A DNA stretch of 64,000 nt from Lytechinus pictus (Eukaryota). The translations under genes and the position numbers were made by a program. The notes below the pieces were generated by a model that worked only from the letters and a program-made list of their open reading frames with translations, ran no database searches and was not told where the DNA came from. Position 1 is the stretch's first letter. Every line of letters begins with the position of its first letter. The DNA lies in assembly GCF_037042905.1 (NCBI RefSeq), contig NC_087245.1:62001-126000 (forward strand). The letters run 5' to 3'. This document shows, piece by piece, positions 24,006 through 35,830 of the stretch.

Positions 24006-27005
24006 TAGAGGTGGGCTATAGAGGGTGACATTTTCAGAACATGCTCATCACACCTTAGTTTGATGAATTAGTGCACACTGACACCATAATCAGAAAAAAA
24101 AATGAAAAAAATCTGAAATCCAGGGTGCCCCGGCCGAAAAACCCGAAAATCCAAGATGGCCGCCGGATTGCCTAAAAAAACATGTTTTTGGCCATAACTC
24201 AATCATTTTTTCATCCCTTAGCCTAGTTTTGGTGTCTAAACCTATGTTTTGGGGGTCACTGAACCCATTTATAGTATTCATTTTTATATATAAGTGTTAA
24301 AATTCATGTTATATCAATATTTAATCAACTTTCTACTTATTTCCCCAATATGCGAATTCTTACAATATTGATTCCAATAGATGACGTGTGCATCACAATT
24401 AACAGTTTAAGCCTTCCTTTTTTCCCTTCTTGTCTCATGCCCATTATCCCAAATTTTATATCCACTTTGTTTTGTTTGTAAGTACATGTATGCACAAGTA
24501 GTTACAGCACAGCTCCCTTCATCACCGCATGTAATGTACATGCATCACTATTACCACTCGAGCTCCTCATTACTACAAACATCAAATAGCACCATCCCTT
24601 AACAGTCAGCACATCCTAGCTTCTACACTTGTTGTGTGTGAGCCACACATGTGAGGATTTTGATGCAGGCAATATCTCTACCCTTGTTCAGCATGAAGTC
24701 AAGTTAGGGCTTCGTGAAATTTATTGCATACATGCCGACCCTGAAATCCTTCCTCAAGAAGAGTGTGGTCATAGCAGCATTACAGGCACTGACAAAACTA
24801 GTAAGTTATGACGGACACTAATCATCCATGTAGGAGACCTTCGAGTGTGAGGTTGCATCTGCAGGCAAAACAAGAACAGCCTCTTCAATGAACATCGATT
24901 TGGTCTTATGGCATACACTGCTGCAGCCATTCTATATCACATCCCGGAGTATGAGGCAACATTGCAGAACACCAAATCCAAGTTCAAGCCTGCCATCTGT
25001 ACCTTGAGTGTGACTTAATCATGATAGTATTGAAGGTATTGGCCTGGTTCACATACTGCATAATCATCCCATTCCTTAACATGGTAGAAGTTAGCTCACA
25101 GAATGATCTAGTGACCATCATCCCACGTCTGCATGATGATCTGCTGAATAACAAGACAGACACACTCTCTTCATACACGGTTCCATACTCTTTCCAAGTT
25201 GAAAAACCTGAGAAACTGTAGGCGTGTATTTGCAGCAAATGTGTCAGCAAGCTGCCAAAGATTTTAGCCACTCAGAAAGGATGTGAGTATGGATATCAGC
25301 AAACGGCAGAAATACGTTTGGCAGAACCTAGAGCAACTTAACTCCACAAACTCACACAAGAAGATCTCACCAATCTACCTTCAAACAATTTGCAGTGTGA
25401 GCAGGATCTGTCAAATTTTGACAAACTAGCAAAGCAGTCTGCTGCTGCTTCCAATAGAAACTTCACTACCAAGAGTATTTGAGATGATATGACCTTGAAC
25501 AAGGCTGGTGTAGTTACTGGAAAAAGTGACCCATAACATTGCAGAAGTGTTGGATAAGAGTGAGCAGAAATGGGTGGAAGAGCAAAACATCCTCTCTCGG
25601 GAAAAGCTTCAGCGGAATGTGGCCCAAGCGGTAGAGTACCGGGTGTGTGCATAGGCTGTTACAGAAATGTAAAAAATGGGGAGGTCAATTAAGAAACGTT
25701 GATGAGCTTCAGGAATGCCTGGATACCCAAAATTCAACCAAGCTTAAAACTATGTTACGTGCAGAGCTGTCATATCGCAGACACATACATGTATCCCATC
25801 TAGATTACTTGGTACGCCCACACTTGTATAAGGTCAACCAACTACGTGAAACAGAAATGAAGGTGAACTTGACTCTTCTAATGACTGGAGGAGAGTCTGA
25901 TAATCTCCCTGCCCCTGATCTGCCTACTGAAGATGACATGCATTCAATCTAAAGCCACCCAATGGGATCACACAGCCAACTGCCCATTCCAACCTTGAAG
26001 AAAATACTGACAAAGAAGTGGGCATCAATGAGTTCTGCAGTGTGATATGGGATTATGACGATGAACGAAACTGGTACCTCGGTATGTGTCGAGACCAACA
26101 TCATGAGGCATATGAGATCGAGCACATGGAAAAAGACTTCTAAGATCGAAAGGGACAGATCAGCATTAGCACTGGAGATGGCCAAAGCACGCTCATGTAC
26201 AGACAGTACCGCCGATGTAGATTCTTCCATGTAATGTAATTGGCTCATGGGATACATCTTCCAGCAGAAACATTACATTTGTGCTTGACAATTGGCATAT
26301 CATAGAAAGCTATTTCAAGTCATTTTCCAAATAAAAAAGTGGAATTTTATAATACTCTCTGACTAGAGGTCTGATGATCAAACAATTGGTACTTTAAAGC
26401 AGATACAGTATTAGAACTGGCTCCACAGTTACTGTGCCTGCCGACTCGGAATTCACCAGCCAGATAGGTTTCTGGGTGCGCGACACAGTCATGTATGAAG
26501 GTTATTTGTATATTTCTCGCTGTACTGTTTAAAGTACAAAAAAACACTTTTCGTAGCTAGAGTTTATTATTAAGGGTATCATAGCTAACATGACTTGAAG
26601 AAAATACAGAAAATAAAATACAAAATTTGCGGTTGGGGTAGGGGTGAAGGAGAAGGAAAATTTAACATTAAATATGGGGAAAATGTGAGTATTATGTAGA
26701 AGAATAGGTTTTACACCAAAAATATCATTATATTTAGTTTCTCTGACCCCTAAAACATAGGGTTAGACACCAAAACTATTACAATAGACAAAAAAATGAC
26801 TGAGTTACAGCCAAAAATGTCTTTTTTTAGGCGAAACGGCGGCCATCTTGGATTTTTTACGATTTCGGTCAGGGCACCCCGGATTTTACATTTTTTTCAT
26901 TTTTTTTTTTTAAAGTGGTCAGTAGGCACAAAGTCATCAAACTAGGGTGTGATGAGCATGTTCTAAAAATGTGACCTAAATTTGACCCTCTATAGCCCAC
27001 CTCTA
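24006..27005 (+). mobile_element. 3.0-kb DNA transposon with decayed transposase, hAT-like (possibly hATw)
   Basis: TIRs TAGAGGTGGGCTATAGAGGGT...AGAACATGCTCATCACACC. 7-bp CTGGTAT duplicated (23999-24005, 27006-27012). Broken ORF about 24840-25950 includes LPSNNLQCEQDLSNFDKL, reminiscent of a hAT-type C-terminal motif. Confidence 0.8.
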
Positions 27006-27158
27006 CTGGTATATGTGGTACCATGGCTTACCTCTAACTTATCCAATGGATCGGAAGGACTGTTCTTGTCCGGTATATGTAGGACCATGGCTTACCTCTA
27101 ACTTATCCAATAAATCAGAAGGACTGTTCTTGTCCGGTATATGTGTACCATTGCTTAC

Positions 27159-27281
27159 CTCTAACTTATCCAATGAATCGGAAGGACTGTTCTTGTCTGG
27201 TATGTGTGGGACCATGGCTTGCAATCTTACAGCTTTGATGGCTGATGGTTGGCAAGAAATCAGATGCTTCACTTCTTGGGC
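27159..27281 (-). CDS. LKAAEAR1: LKAAEAR1-like exon 5 (AQEVKHLISCQPSAIKAVRLQAMVPHIPDKNSPSDSLDKLE)
   Basis: AAG acceptor after a pyrimidine tract, GTAAGC donor, 123 nt phase 0-0. Confidence 0.85.
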
Positions 27282-29119
27282 CTTTATTGTAGTAAAGAAA
27301 GAGAAAAGTATCATGATTGCATGTTAATGGAAGTGGTGAAAATCAAATAAAAGAGAAAGGATGGGGAGATAGAGAGAGATACAGAATGAAAACTGACTAC
27401 AACTTAATTATACATTATAGAAATAAAATTTCAGTAAAATTGTTTGAATCTTAACCCTTTGAACCCCATAAGGGTTGTTTGTGAACCATTTCCGAAGTCC
27501 TCTCTGGCAATAGAGGGCAAAAATCTTACCATTATGACACTTCTGATGTCATATCTTGCTTATAATAGTGCCAGCACAAATTGGGTAGATGCAAAGGGGG
27601 GAAAAATTCACATCATAATCTAATCAATTTATGGTCTTGTGTTTTTAACTCGCCCGGCAAAAAGGTGGCTTTGTTACACTTTCTCAAATTTCATTTGGTC
27701 TAACATACAAAAGAGCAGTTGGACAAGAAATTTGGCATCATTTTAATACTGACACCACCATGTCTGTAAATGCATTATTTGAATTTGTGACACTGTGATA
27801 ATGAATAATGGCAAGGGTAGTTGATGCAGGGAAGCAGTACATACAAATTTTATAGGATAGCCGGCTGTTTTGTATATGTTAAAACTTGTCTTTAGTTTTG
27901 GTATATTGTAAATCCTACCAAAAGTACATGTCACTATCCCATGTCATTACTGCATGTAGATTTTTATATGCCCTTAATCAAAGGGTTCTTTGTAACCCTT
28001 TACCAAAGCTAAAGGCAGGCTTTAAAAGAAAAAAACTTAATTATTACATACTATACAAGAGGGGTAGAGATTTAATATTGGTCTCATTTCAAAGCTTATA
28101 TTTAATAAGTAGTAATACTGTTCACAATTGATTTGAATTAATTAATTGTAATTAGTGGTTTCACGGTACACCATGTATCTTTCTTGGGCAAGTGTTGGAC
28201 CTGAAAAGGACCACGGAAACTCAACATTCGACAAGTGTGTTCTTGTCGTGTTCAGGAGAATGAGCAAAGTTTGTAAAAGCAGGCCTTATATACTCTTTTA
28301 AAGTGCCGTATGCACGGTATCTTGCAGGGTACATGTCTCTGATTGGCTGGATAAGTCACAACATATATGCGGACCTGGGTGACAACATATATGCGGACCT
28401 GGGTGACAACACACAAAACCAGCCAAGACCGGAAATGACGTCAATTATCATTCCCGCCAAGATTGGCATGAATGCCAAAAGTCACCACTTCCGCCCGTAT
28501 CACTGCAAAGCTCACACGTGTGTGAAACGTCCCGGTATAGCTCCACACAATAGTGTATGGCACTGTGTGTGGTCTGATTAGTCTCGTTGTCTAGAATGGT
28601 AAGCCAGATATTGCTGAGTTGGAGGCCACTGTCTTGAGGAACAGTGTTCTTTCTCAATCTCCAACGCTTTTCTGACTCTCCGCTGATGCCAGTAGGGGAC
28701 ACAGGTGACCAGTCTACTCTCATCCCAGAGGATCTGGTGATCATGTGAGCATGTGAGCATGATCGATGATTGCAGACTTGTCTCTCTCGTCTCTCCTACC
28801 ATGGGCCTTGTATTCCTTAATCCAAGTGTTAAAGGAACGACCCGTCTCACCAATGTAAACTTTACCGCATTCACAGGGATTTCGGTAAACTCCGTGGAGG
28901 TCCTTGGAGCTGCACTTGTCCTTTTTTGTAGTGAGTGCAGACTGAAGCTTATTTGAGGAGCTATGACAAACCTCAATGTCAACTTCTCTCAAAATCCTCT
29001 GAATCTTGTGAGAGGCTGCTCCCATATAAGGAAGGACGACTCTCACCTTGGGCTGTCCTACATGAGGGTTCCACGAAGGGGGAAGCTCAGTGCAGATGTG
29101 AGGGCCCAGGACCATAATC

Positions 29120-29435
29120 GAGTTGAAACCAATTAGAGCAAAACCAATTGAAACCAGTTGGCCAACTGGTGGTTTTAATAGGGAAATTGGAACATCTGGT
29201 TCCAATTGAAACCAGTTACCATGCAATTGGTTCCAGTTAAAACCAATTGGGCAATTGGAACCAGTTGGCAATTGGTTTCGATTGGTTCCAGTTGTTCCAA
29301 TTTCCCTATTAAAACCAGCTGAATCCAATTGAGGGCAACTGGTTTCAATTGGTTCCAGTTGAAACCAATTGGAGGCAACTGGTTTCAATTGGTTCCAGTT
29401 GAAAAAATTGGATCCAATTGGAACTTCCAGTTGGA
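29120..29435. repeat. Low-complexity CCAATTGG/CCAGTTG array with internal inverted symmetry
   Basis: Repeated GAAACCAATTGG and TTCCAGTTG units. About 29173-29213 is mirrored at about 29273-29316. Confidence 0.85.
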
Positions 29436-29628
29436 ATGAACTTAATCAGTTACAAATTAATTAGCATTTGTACTAACTATTGCTCATGTCAACACAGAAG
29501 CATTGTTATATGTCTATATAACAGGTCAGTGAGGGTGACCTTGGGATAGCTTTCTTGATAGCTTGCCTGACACATGACCAAATGAGGATCAGTATCTGTA
29601 TCCACACACCCCAATAGCAAAGATTTAC

Positions 29629-32600
29629 TTGCCTCAAGAGATTCAGAACTTTCCAAGGAATTCTGTAGAAACAATTTCAGTCGAAGAAGTGATGGTGCTC
29701 CAAGGCCATACTCCAGATATTGTCAAGTCCGAGGAGTCTAAAATCCAAGATGTATTTTCCAAACTTGACATTGGCGACATAAGTGTAGAGGAGAGAAGTA
29801 GGCTACAATCACTTATCACACAGCATGATGAAGTGTTCAGCAGGGGAGATCATGACATGGGGTACTGTGATAAGATCAGACATTCAATGAAGACAGTGGA
29901 TGATACTCCAATCAAGTTGCCTTACAGATGGGGCTCCACCAAGCCAGTGGGAGGCAGTTAGAGATTTCTTGGAAACGCAGTGTTCCATTGGTGTCATCCG
30001 TCCAAGTACTTCACCCTACGCTGCTGCCATGGTTTTGGTAAAGAAGCCTAATGGAAAGATCAGAGTTTGAGGTGATTTTCAACTGTTGAATGCAAAGACT
30101 ATCAAAGACGCACACCCACTCCCACAAGTTGATGAGGCATTAGAGGCATTGAATGGAGCCAAGTACTTTGCATCCCTAGATCTTGCACATGGCTTTTGGC
30201 AGTGAGCTATTGAGGAGACTGATATACCCAAAACTGCATTTCGAGCTGGTCCTTGGGGTCTCTTTGAACACACTCGAATGCCCATGGGTTTGTGCAATGC
30301 CCCTGCCACATTTTCCAGGGGAGATGTGAGCCTACAGAGTGTAATAGTCTACCTGGATGACATTCTGGTCTTCGGCAGCACTTTCGAAGAAACCTTGGAT
30401 ATACTAGATATGGTCTTGCATCGCCTTCATGCATTTGGACTCAAGATCAAGCCAGAAAAATGCCACTTAATGAAGAAGGAGGTTAAGTACCTGGGTAATG
30501 TTGTTTCTGAAGAAGGAATTAGTACTGATCCAGAGAAGGATTCTGCTGTCAAGTCGTGGAAGATTCCTAGGATGGAAAGTGAGCTGAGGTCATTTCTTGG
30601 GCTAGCCAGTTATTATCGCTGTTTCATACAGGGCTTTGCCTCGATAGCGAGGCCTCTTCATGCCCTCTTGGGACCCACCAACAGGCAATTGGCAAAGAAG
30701 AAAAAGAACAGACCTAACAGTCATGACAGTCGTCCATTTCAAGACAAGTAGACAGATGAGTGCACCCAAGCCTTTAAGGAAATGAAACAATGCCTTACCT
30801 CTAGCCCACTGTTGGGATATCCGGACTTCAAATCTCCCTTCATTGTTGAAACTGATGCCAGTTTTAGTGGACTAGGTGCTGTTCTGTCACAGAAACAGAA
30901 AAGCAGGACGGTAGTCATAGCCTATGCCAGCCGCTCCCTACGTCCAGCAGAACGCAATAATTACAGTGCTATGAAGTTAGAACTTTTGGGACTGAAATGG
31001 GCGGTTACAGAGAAATTCCTGGATTATCTACTTGGAAACACTTTCACAGTACTTACCGACAATAATCCTCATGCCTACTTAGACACCGCCAAATTAGGAG
31101 CCACAGAAATGCGATGGGTTGCGCAGCTTGCTCAGTTCAACTTCAAGGTGCAATACCGTTCTGGACGAACCAATCGTCATACTGATGCCCTGAGTTGCAA
31201 CCCTGCCCCATCTATTGGCAATATTTGGAACAAGATGAGACAGATGTCTTGTCTCACTTGGTGACAAGCAGCGAACTACCTCAAGAGTTGAAGGTTAGGG
31301 TGGAGGAGTTGATGACAGAAGCTACATCCACACAGATTCACTCAACTGTGACAAATGACGAAGTGAGAACCCGATCTAGCAATATCAATCCTGTTGGACG
31401 CCAATCTACTCTTCCAGGTTTCACTCATACAGATATTTGTCGGCTCCAGGAAAAGGACCCAGACATTGGTCACCTTCTTCGACTAAAGAAGTCACTGCAG
31501 AAACCTAGTGGAAACCTTCTTTACTCACTGCCAAAGAATGTAAGACTCTATGTTCGAGAGTGGGACCGCATTGTCTGCATTGGCAAGGTGTGGGTCAGGT
31601 AAGTTCAGTTCCGAAATCAATTTGTTCAGCAACTTCTGCTCCCTACGTCTTTGAAAGGAAGAATCTTAGAAGAGTTAAATGATAATCTTGGCCATCAGGG
31701 AGTAGACCGTACGCTGTCTCTATGCAGGAGCCGCCTCTTCTGGCCAGGCATGTCAACAGATGTAGAGAGATATTGCCAAAACTGCCATCGCTGCCTGTTC
31801 GCCAAGGCCAAGCCCAAAGTCCGCCCAGCTATGGGTAGTATCATTGCCCAGAAGCCGCAAGAAGTAGTAGCAATTGACTTTACTGTATTGGAGCACTCAT
31901 CAAATGGCTTTGAGAATGTTCTAGTGATTACCGATGTCTTCACTAAGTTTACACAAGCCATACCCACCAGAGATCAGAAGGCTAGGACAGTGGCTGAAGT
32001 CTTAGTGAAAGAATGGTTTGTGCGTTATGGTGTACCAAGAAGGCTCCATAGTGATCAAGGACGTTGTTTTGAGGCTGATATCATACAGGAACTTGGTCGT
32101 ATAGTACGGAATCAAAAAGAGTCGTACCACCCCATACCATCCAACTGGTAATGGGCAAGCGGAGCGATTCAACAGGACCATGCATAATCTTCTCAGAACC
32201 CTGGAAATTGATGAGAAACGGAGATGGAACCAACATATCGCTGAACTTGTCTTCGCTTATAATGCAACACCACATGCAAGCACAGGATATACTCCCTACT
32301 TCTTATTCTTTTTGGTAGAGAACCTCAACTTCCCATAGATCAGCTTTTCAAGGAAGCACGACGACGTCAAGAGATCCAAAAGACTAGTGCAAAGGATGTC
32401 GAACTTGAGGTTGGCCAGAGAGTGTTGCTACGACAGCAAGCTTGGACAGGAAGGCACAAAATCCAAGACATTTGGCAAGGAAACCGATACCGCATCCGAA
32501 AGAGACTAAACCCAACTGGACATGTATATGAAATTGAACCAGTCAATGGTTCTGAGAAAACCAAAGTGGTGAACAGAGCTGACTTATTGATAATTCCAGA

Positions 32601-33000
32601 ATCAATCCCAGAATCAATTGAATTGGTCCCTTATTCCAAGCCTGGGACTCTCCCTACTTCAATGTCCAAGGCGGATAAACCGGATGATATCCCTAATGTG
32701 CAATGGAATGTAAGCGACATTGCCCAGGCTCTCAACCACTCACAAGCCGCACCCTCATTTCCAGAAAATGATCAGCCTGTAGAGGAGCCTGTTTTGGAAG
32801 ATGAAAATGAGCAGCCGCAGACCAAACCGTGTGAGGCATTTCTGACTCCCATTCATGACTCGTTATAAGATGAAGAAACCGTCAATGAGGAATCCCCCCT
32901 TGTCAGTGAGAATGAAGTGCCACAACCGGAACAAGAGAAGCCGATGTCTACGTCTTTGAAGGTCAACTCGCTCCATGACGGGTAGAAATAATGACCCATA
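29629..33000 (+). pseudogene. Gypsy pol (RT-RNaseH-integrase), frameshifted
   Basis: RT VYLDDILVFG; RNase H ETDASFSGLGAVLSQ and NYSAMKLELLGLKWAV; integrase HQGVDRT..WPGM..C..C, VAIDF and HSDQGRCFE. Multiple stops and frameshifts. Confidence 0.95.
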
Positions 33001-33043
33001 TAATCTTCCGAGATCTGTTTTGAGTGAAGGGATTGACCTTTCA

Positions 33044-35830
33044 TAGTCCAGGATAGGCCCCATAGAAACTTGACCAAACCTTGTTTTTTTATATATACAA
33101 TATTTTTTTATGGTTTCTTGTCAATTCGAGGGTGCTGATTACGAATCTGGATGATGCCACTCGTGTAACCTTGAGCATTTTCCGCAAATTGGCAAAATCC
33201 AATATGGCCGCCAAAATATGCAAATTACCCATGAAAATCCTAAAATTGTCCGCACATTGGCTATGAAATGCATGAAATCGTGTGGCAGGAGTGAAATACT
33301 CTCTGAAAAAATAATTTTTGACAAAATATTTATTTTCCTGATATTCAAAATGGCCGCCATAGGCCCTTGTATACTCTATTATGTACATTATGAATAGGGA
33401 AAACTAATTTTCACAAAAATGAGCACTAAACCGCAAAAAATCGCGATGTATGAACGAAGTAATATATGCAAATCATCATTACTAACGAGATATATCATTT
33501 ATTATGTCATGTATGGGTACATTGCTGTATTTTGATATCTAAAATAGCCGCCACTGGCCCAAAGAGTATTATGTACAATGGCAATGGCCGGGGCCAAAAA
33601 AATGACAAGGGTGAGCACTAAAATGCATATTATTAAGATATAAACGACTGACTAAAAACATCATTGTTAATATGCCATTTATGTGATAAATGTTGTATTT
33701 TGAAATTCAAAATGGCCGCCATAGGCCCTATATTTATCATGTACAATGCGAATGGAGAAACTAATTTTCACACGAGTAAGAAACATAAAATGCATGTAAT
33801 TGTGATCTACGAGTAAAATATTGTCTGACAACATGTTTTATAGCAAGACATATCATTTATTTTGTCATGCATGAGATAAATGCTGTATTATGAAATTCAA
33901 AATGGTCCCTATAGGTCCTAACAGTATTATCTACAATGTGAATGGGGACATATAATTTTGTAAGAATTTGGATTTGCTTGACTATATGACATCCATATGT
34001 TGTATGAGTAAAATTTTATTTGAAAACATATATTTATTTTTTAATTATAGCATTTCTTCTGCCATATAGGTGATAAATACTGAATTTTGACATTCAAAAT
34101 AACCTCTACAAGCCCTAACTAAATTATGTAACATGCGAATAGGGAAACTAATTTTCACAAGAGTGAGAATCATTAAATGCATATAACTGTGATGTACGAG
34201 TAAAAATATTGTCTAAAACATGATTTCTAAATACTGTAGATACATCACATATTGGTCGTGGAGGTAATAAATGCTGAACTTTGAAATAAAAAATGGCTGC
34301 CATAGGTCCTTAAAGTATTGTGTACATTGTAACATGGGACATATAATTTTGACAGAATTTGGCTTTGCTTGACTCTAAATATTGCATATAATGCTGAATT
34401 GTGATGTAAGGGTGAAATATTGTCTAAAACCATGGTTTCTAACGAGATATATCATAATGTTGTGTAATTAAGGTGATAAATGCTGCATTTTTAAATTGAA
34501 AATGGCCACCATAGGCCCTTATCGTATACTATACAATTTGGGTGGAGACAAATAATGTTCACAAAAAGGGCATATGGCAGCCATTTTGAATGTTGAAATA
34601 CAGTATTTATCACCTAAATTACATAAGATATGATATATTTTGTTATAAATCATGTTTTCAGACAATATTTCACTCATACATCACCATTTGGCCAAGCAAA
34701 TCCAAATTCTGTTGAAATAGTTTCGGTTCCCATTCACATTGTGCATAATACCATAAGGGCCTGTAGCGGCAATTTTGACTTTCCAATAACAGTATTTATC
34801 ACCTAACTGGCAGAATAAATGATATATCTTAATAGAAATTATGCTTTCAGACAATATTTTACTCATAGATCACTATTACGTGCATGTATGGTGCTCACTC
34901 CTGTGAATATTGGTTTCCCACTTTGCATTGTACATAATTAATAATACTGTTGATGTCTATGGCGGCCATTTTGAAAGTAAAAATACAATATTTAACACAA
35001 ACTTGAAACCTGAATGATATATTTTGTTAGAAAATACGTTTTTAGACAGTATCCCATTAATTTACCACATATATGCATCTTAGTGCTCACTCTTGTGATT
35101 TCTTTGCTCCTCTTTCTCATTGTGCATAATATTTTTAGGGCCTTTGGCAGCCATTTTGAATATCAAAATACAACATCCATCACATACATGGCATATTAAT
35201 AATATATTTCGTTTACAATTATGTTTTTAGTCAGTATTCCACTCGTTTTACCTTAATACTTTGCATTTTACTGATCACTCTTGTGAATTTTTTGGCCCCC
35301 ATTGCCATTGTACGCAATACTGTTGGGCCAGTGGCAGCTTTTTTAGATATCAAAATACAGCAATGTTCCCATACATGACATAATAAATGATATATCTCGT
35401 TAGTAATGATGATTTGCATATATTACTTCGTTCATACATCGCGATTTTTGCAGTTTAGGGCTCATTTTTGTGAAAAATTAGTTTTCCCTTTTCATATTGT
35501 ACATAATAGAGTATACAAGGGCCTATGGCGGCCATTTTGAATATCAGGAAAATAAATATTTTGTCAAAAATTATTTTTTCAGAGAGTATTTCACTCCTGC
35601 CACACGATTTCATGCATTTCATAGCCAATATGCGGACAATTTTAGGATTTTCATGGGTAATTTGCATATTTTGGCGGCCATATTGGATTTTGCCAATTTG
35701 CGGAAAATGCTCAAGGTTACACGAGTGGCATCATCCAGATTCGCAATCAGCACCCTCGAATTGACAAGAAACCATCAAAAAATATTGTATATATAAAAAA
35801 ACAAGGTTATGCCTCTTCTATCCTGGACTA
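33044..35830. mobile_element. Academ-like foldback element inserted in the Gypsy 3' region
   Basis: TIR TAGTCCAGGATAG with 4-bp TSD TTCA (33040-33043, 35831-35834). Near-identical inverted arms of about 500 bp (mirror ORFs 33089-33388 and 35497-35796). Internal ~190-bp subrepeats with AAAATGGCCGCC. Confidence 0.9.

Larger units (their letters stand above)
22985..27225 (-). repeat. ~60-66-bp tandem array derived from the exon 5 end plus splice donor (about 16 copies), interrupted by two TEs
   Basis: Plus-strand unit GCTTACCTCTAACTTATCCAAT.AATCGGAAGGACTGTTCTTGTCTGGTATATGTGGGACCATG. The exon-proximal copy (27159-27225) is the coding end of exon 5. Confidence 0.95.

Noticed and set aside
29115..29388. 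N-terminal half of the 215-aa ORF as part of the Penelope protein
   Set aside because: It is read-through of the CCAATTGG array. Only the GIY-YIG half is protein-like.
33089..35796. Mirror-image 99-aa ORFs on opposite strands
   Set aside because: They are the two arms of a foldback transposon and have no protein motifs.
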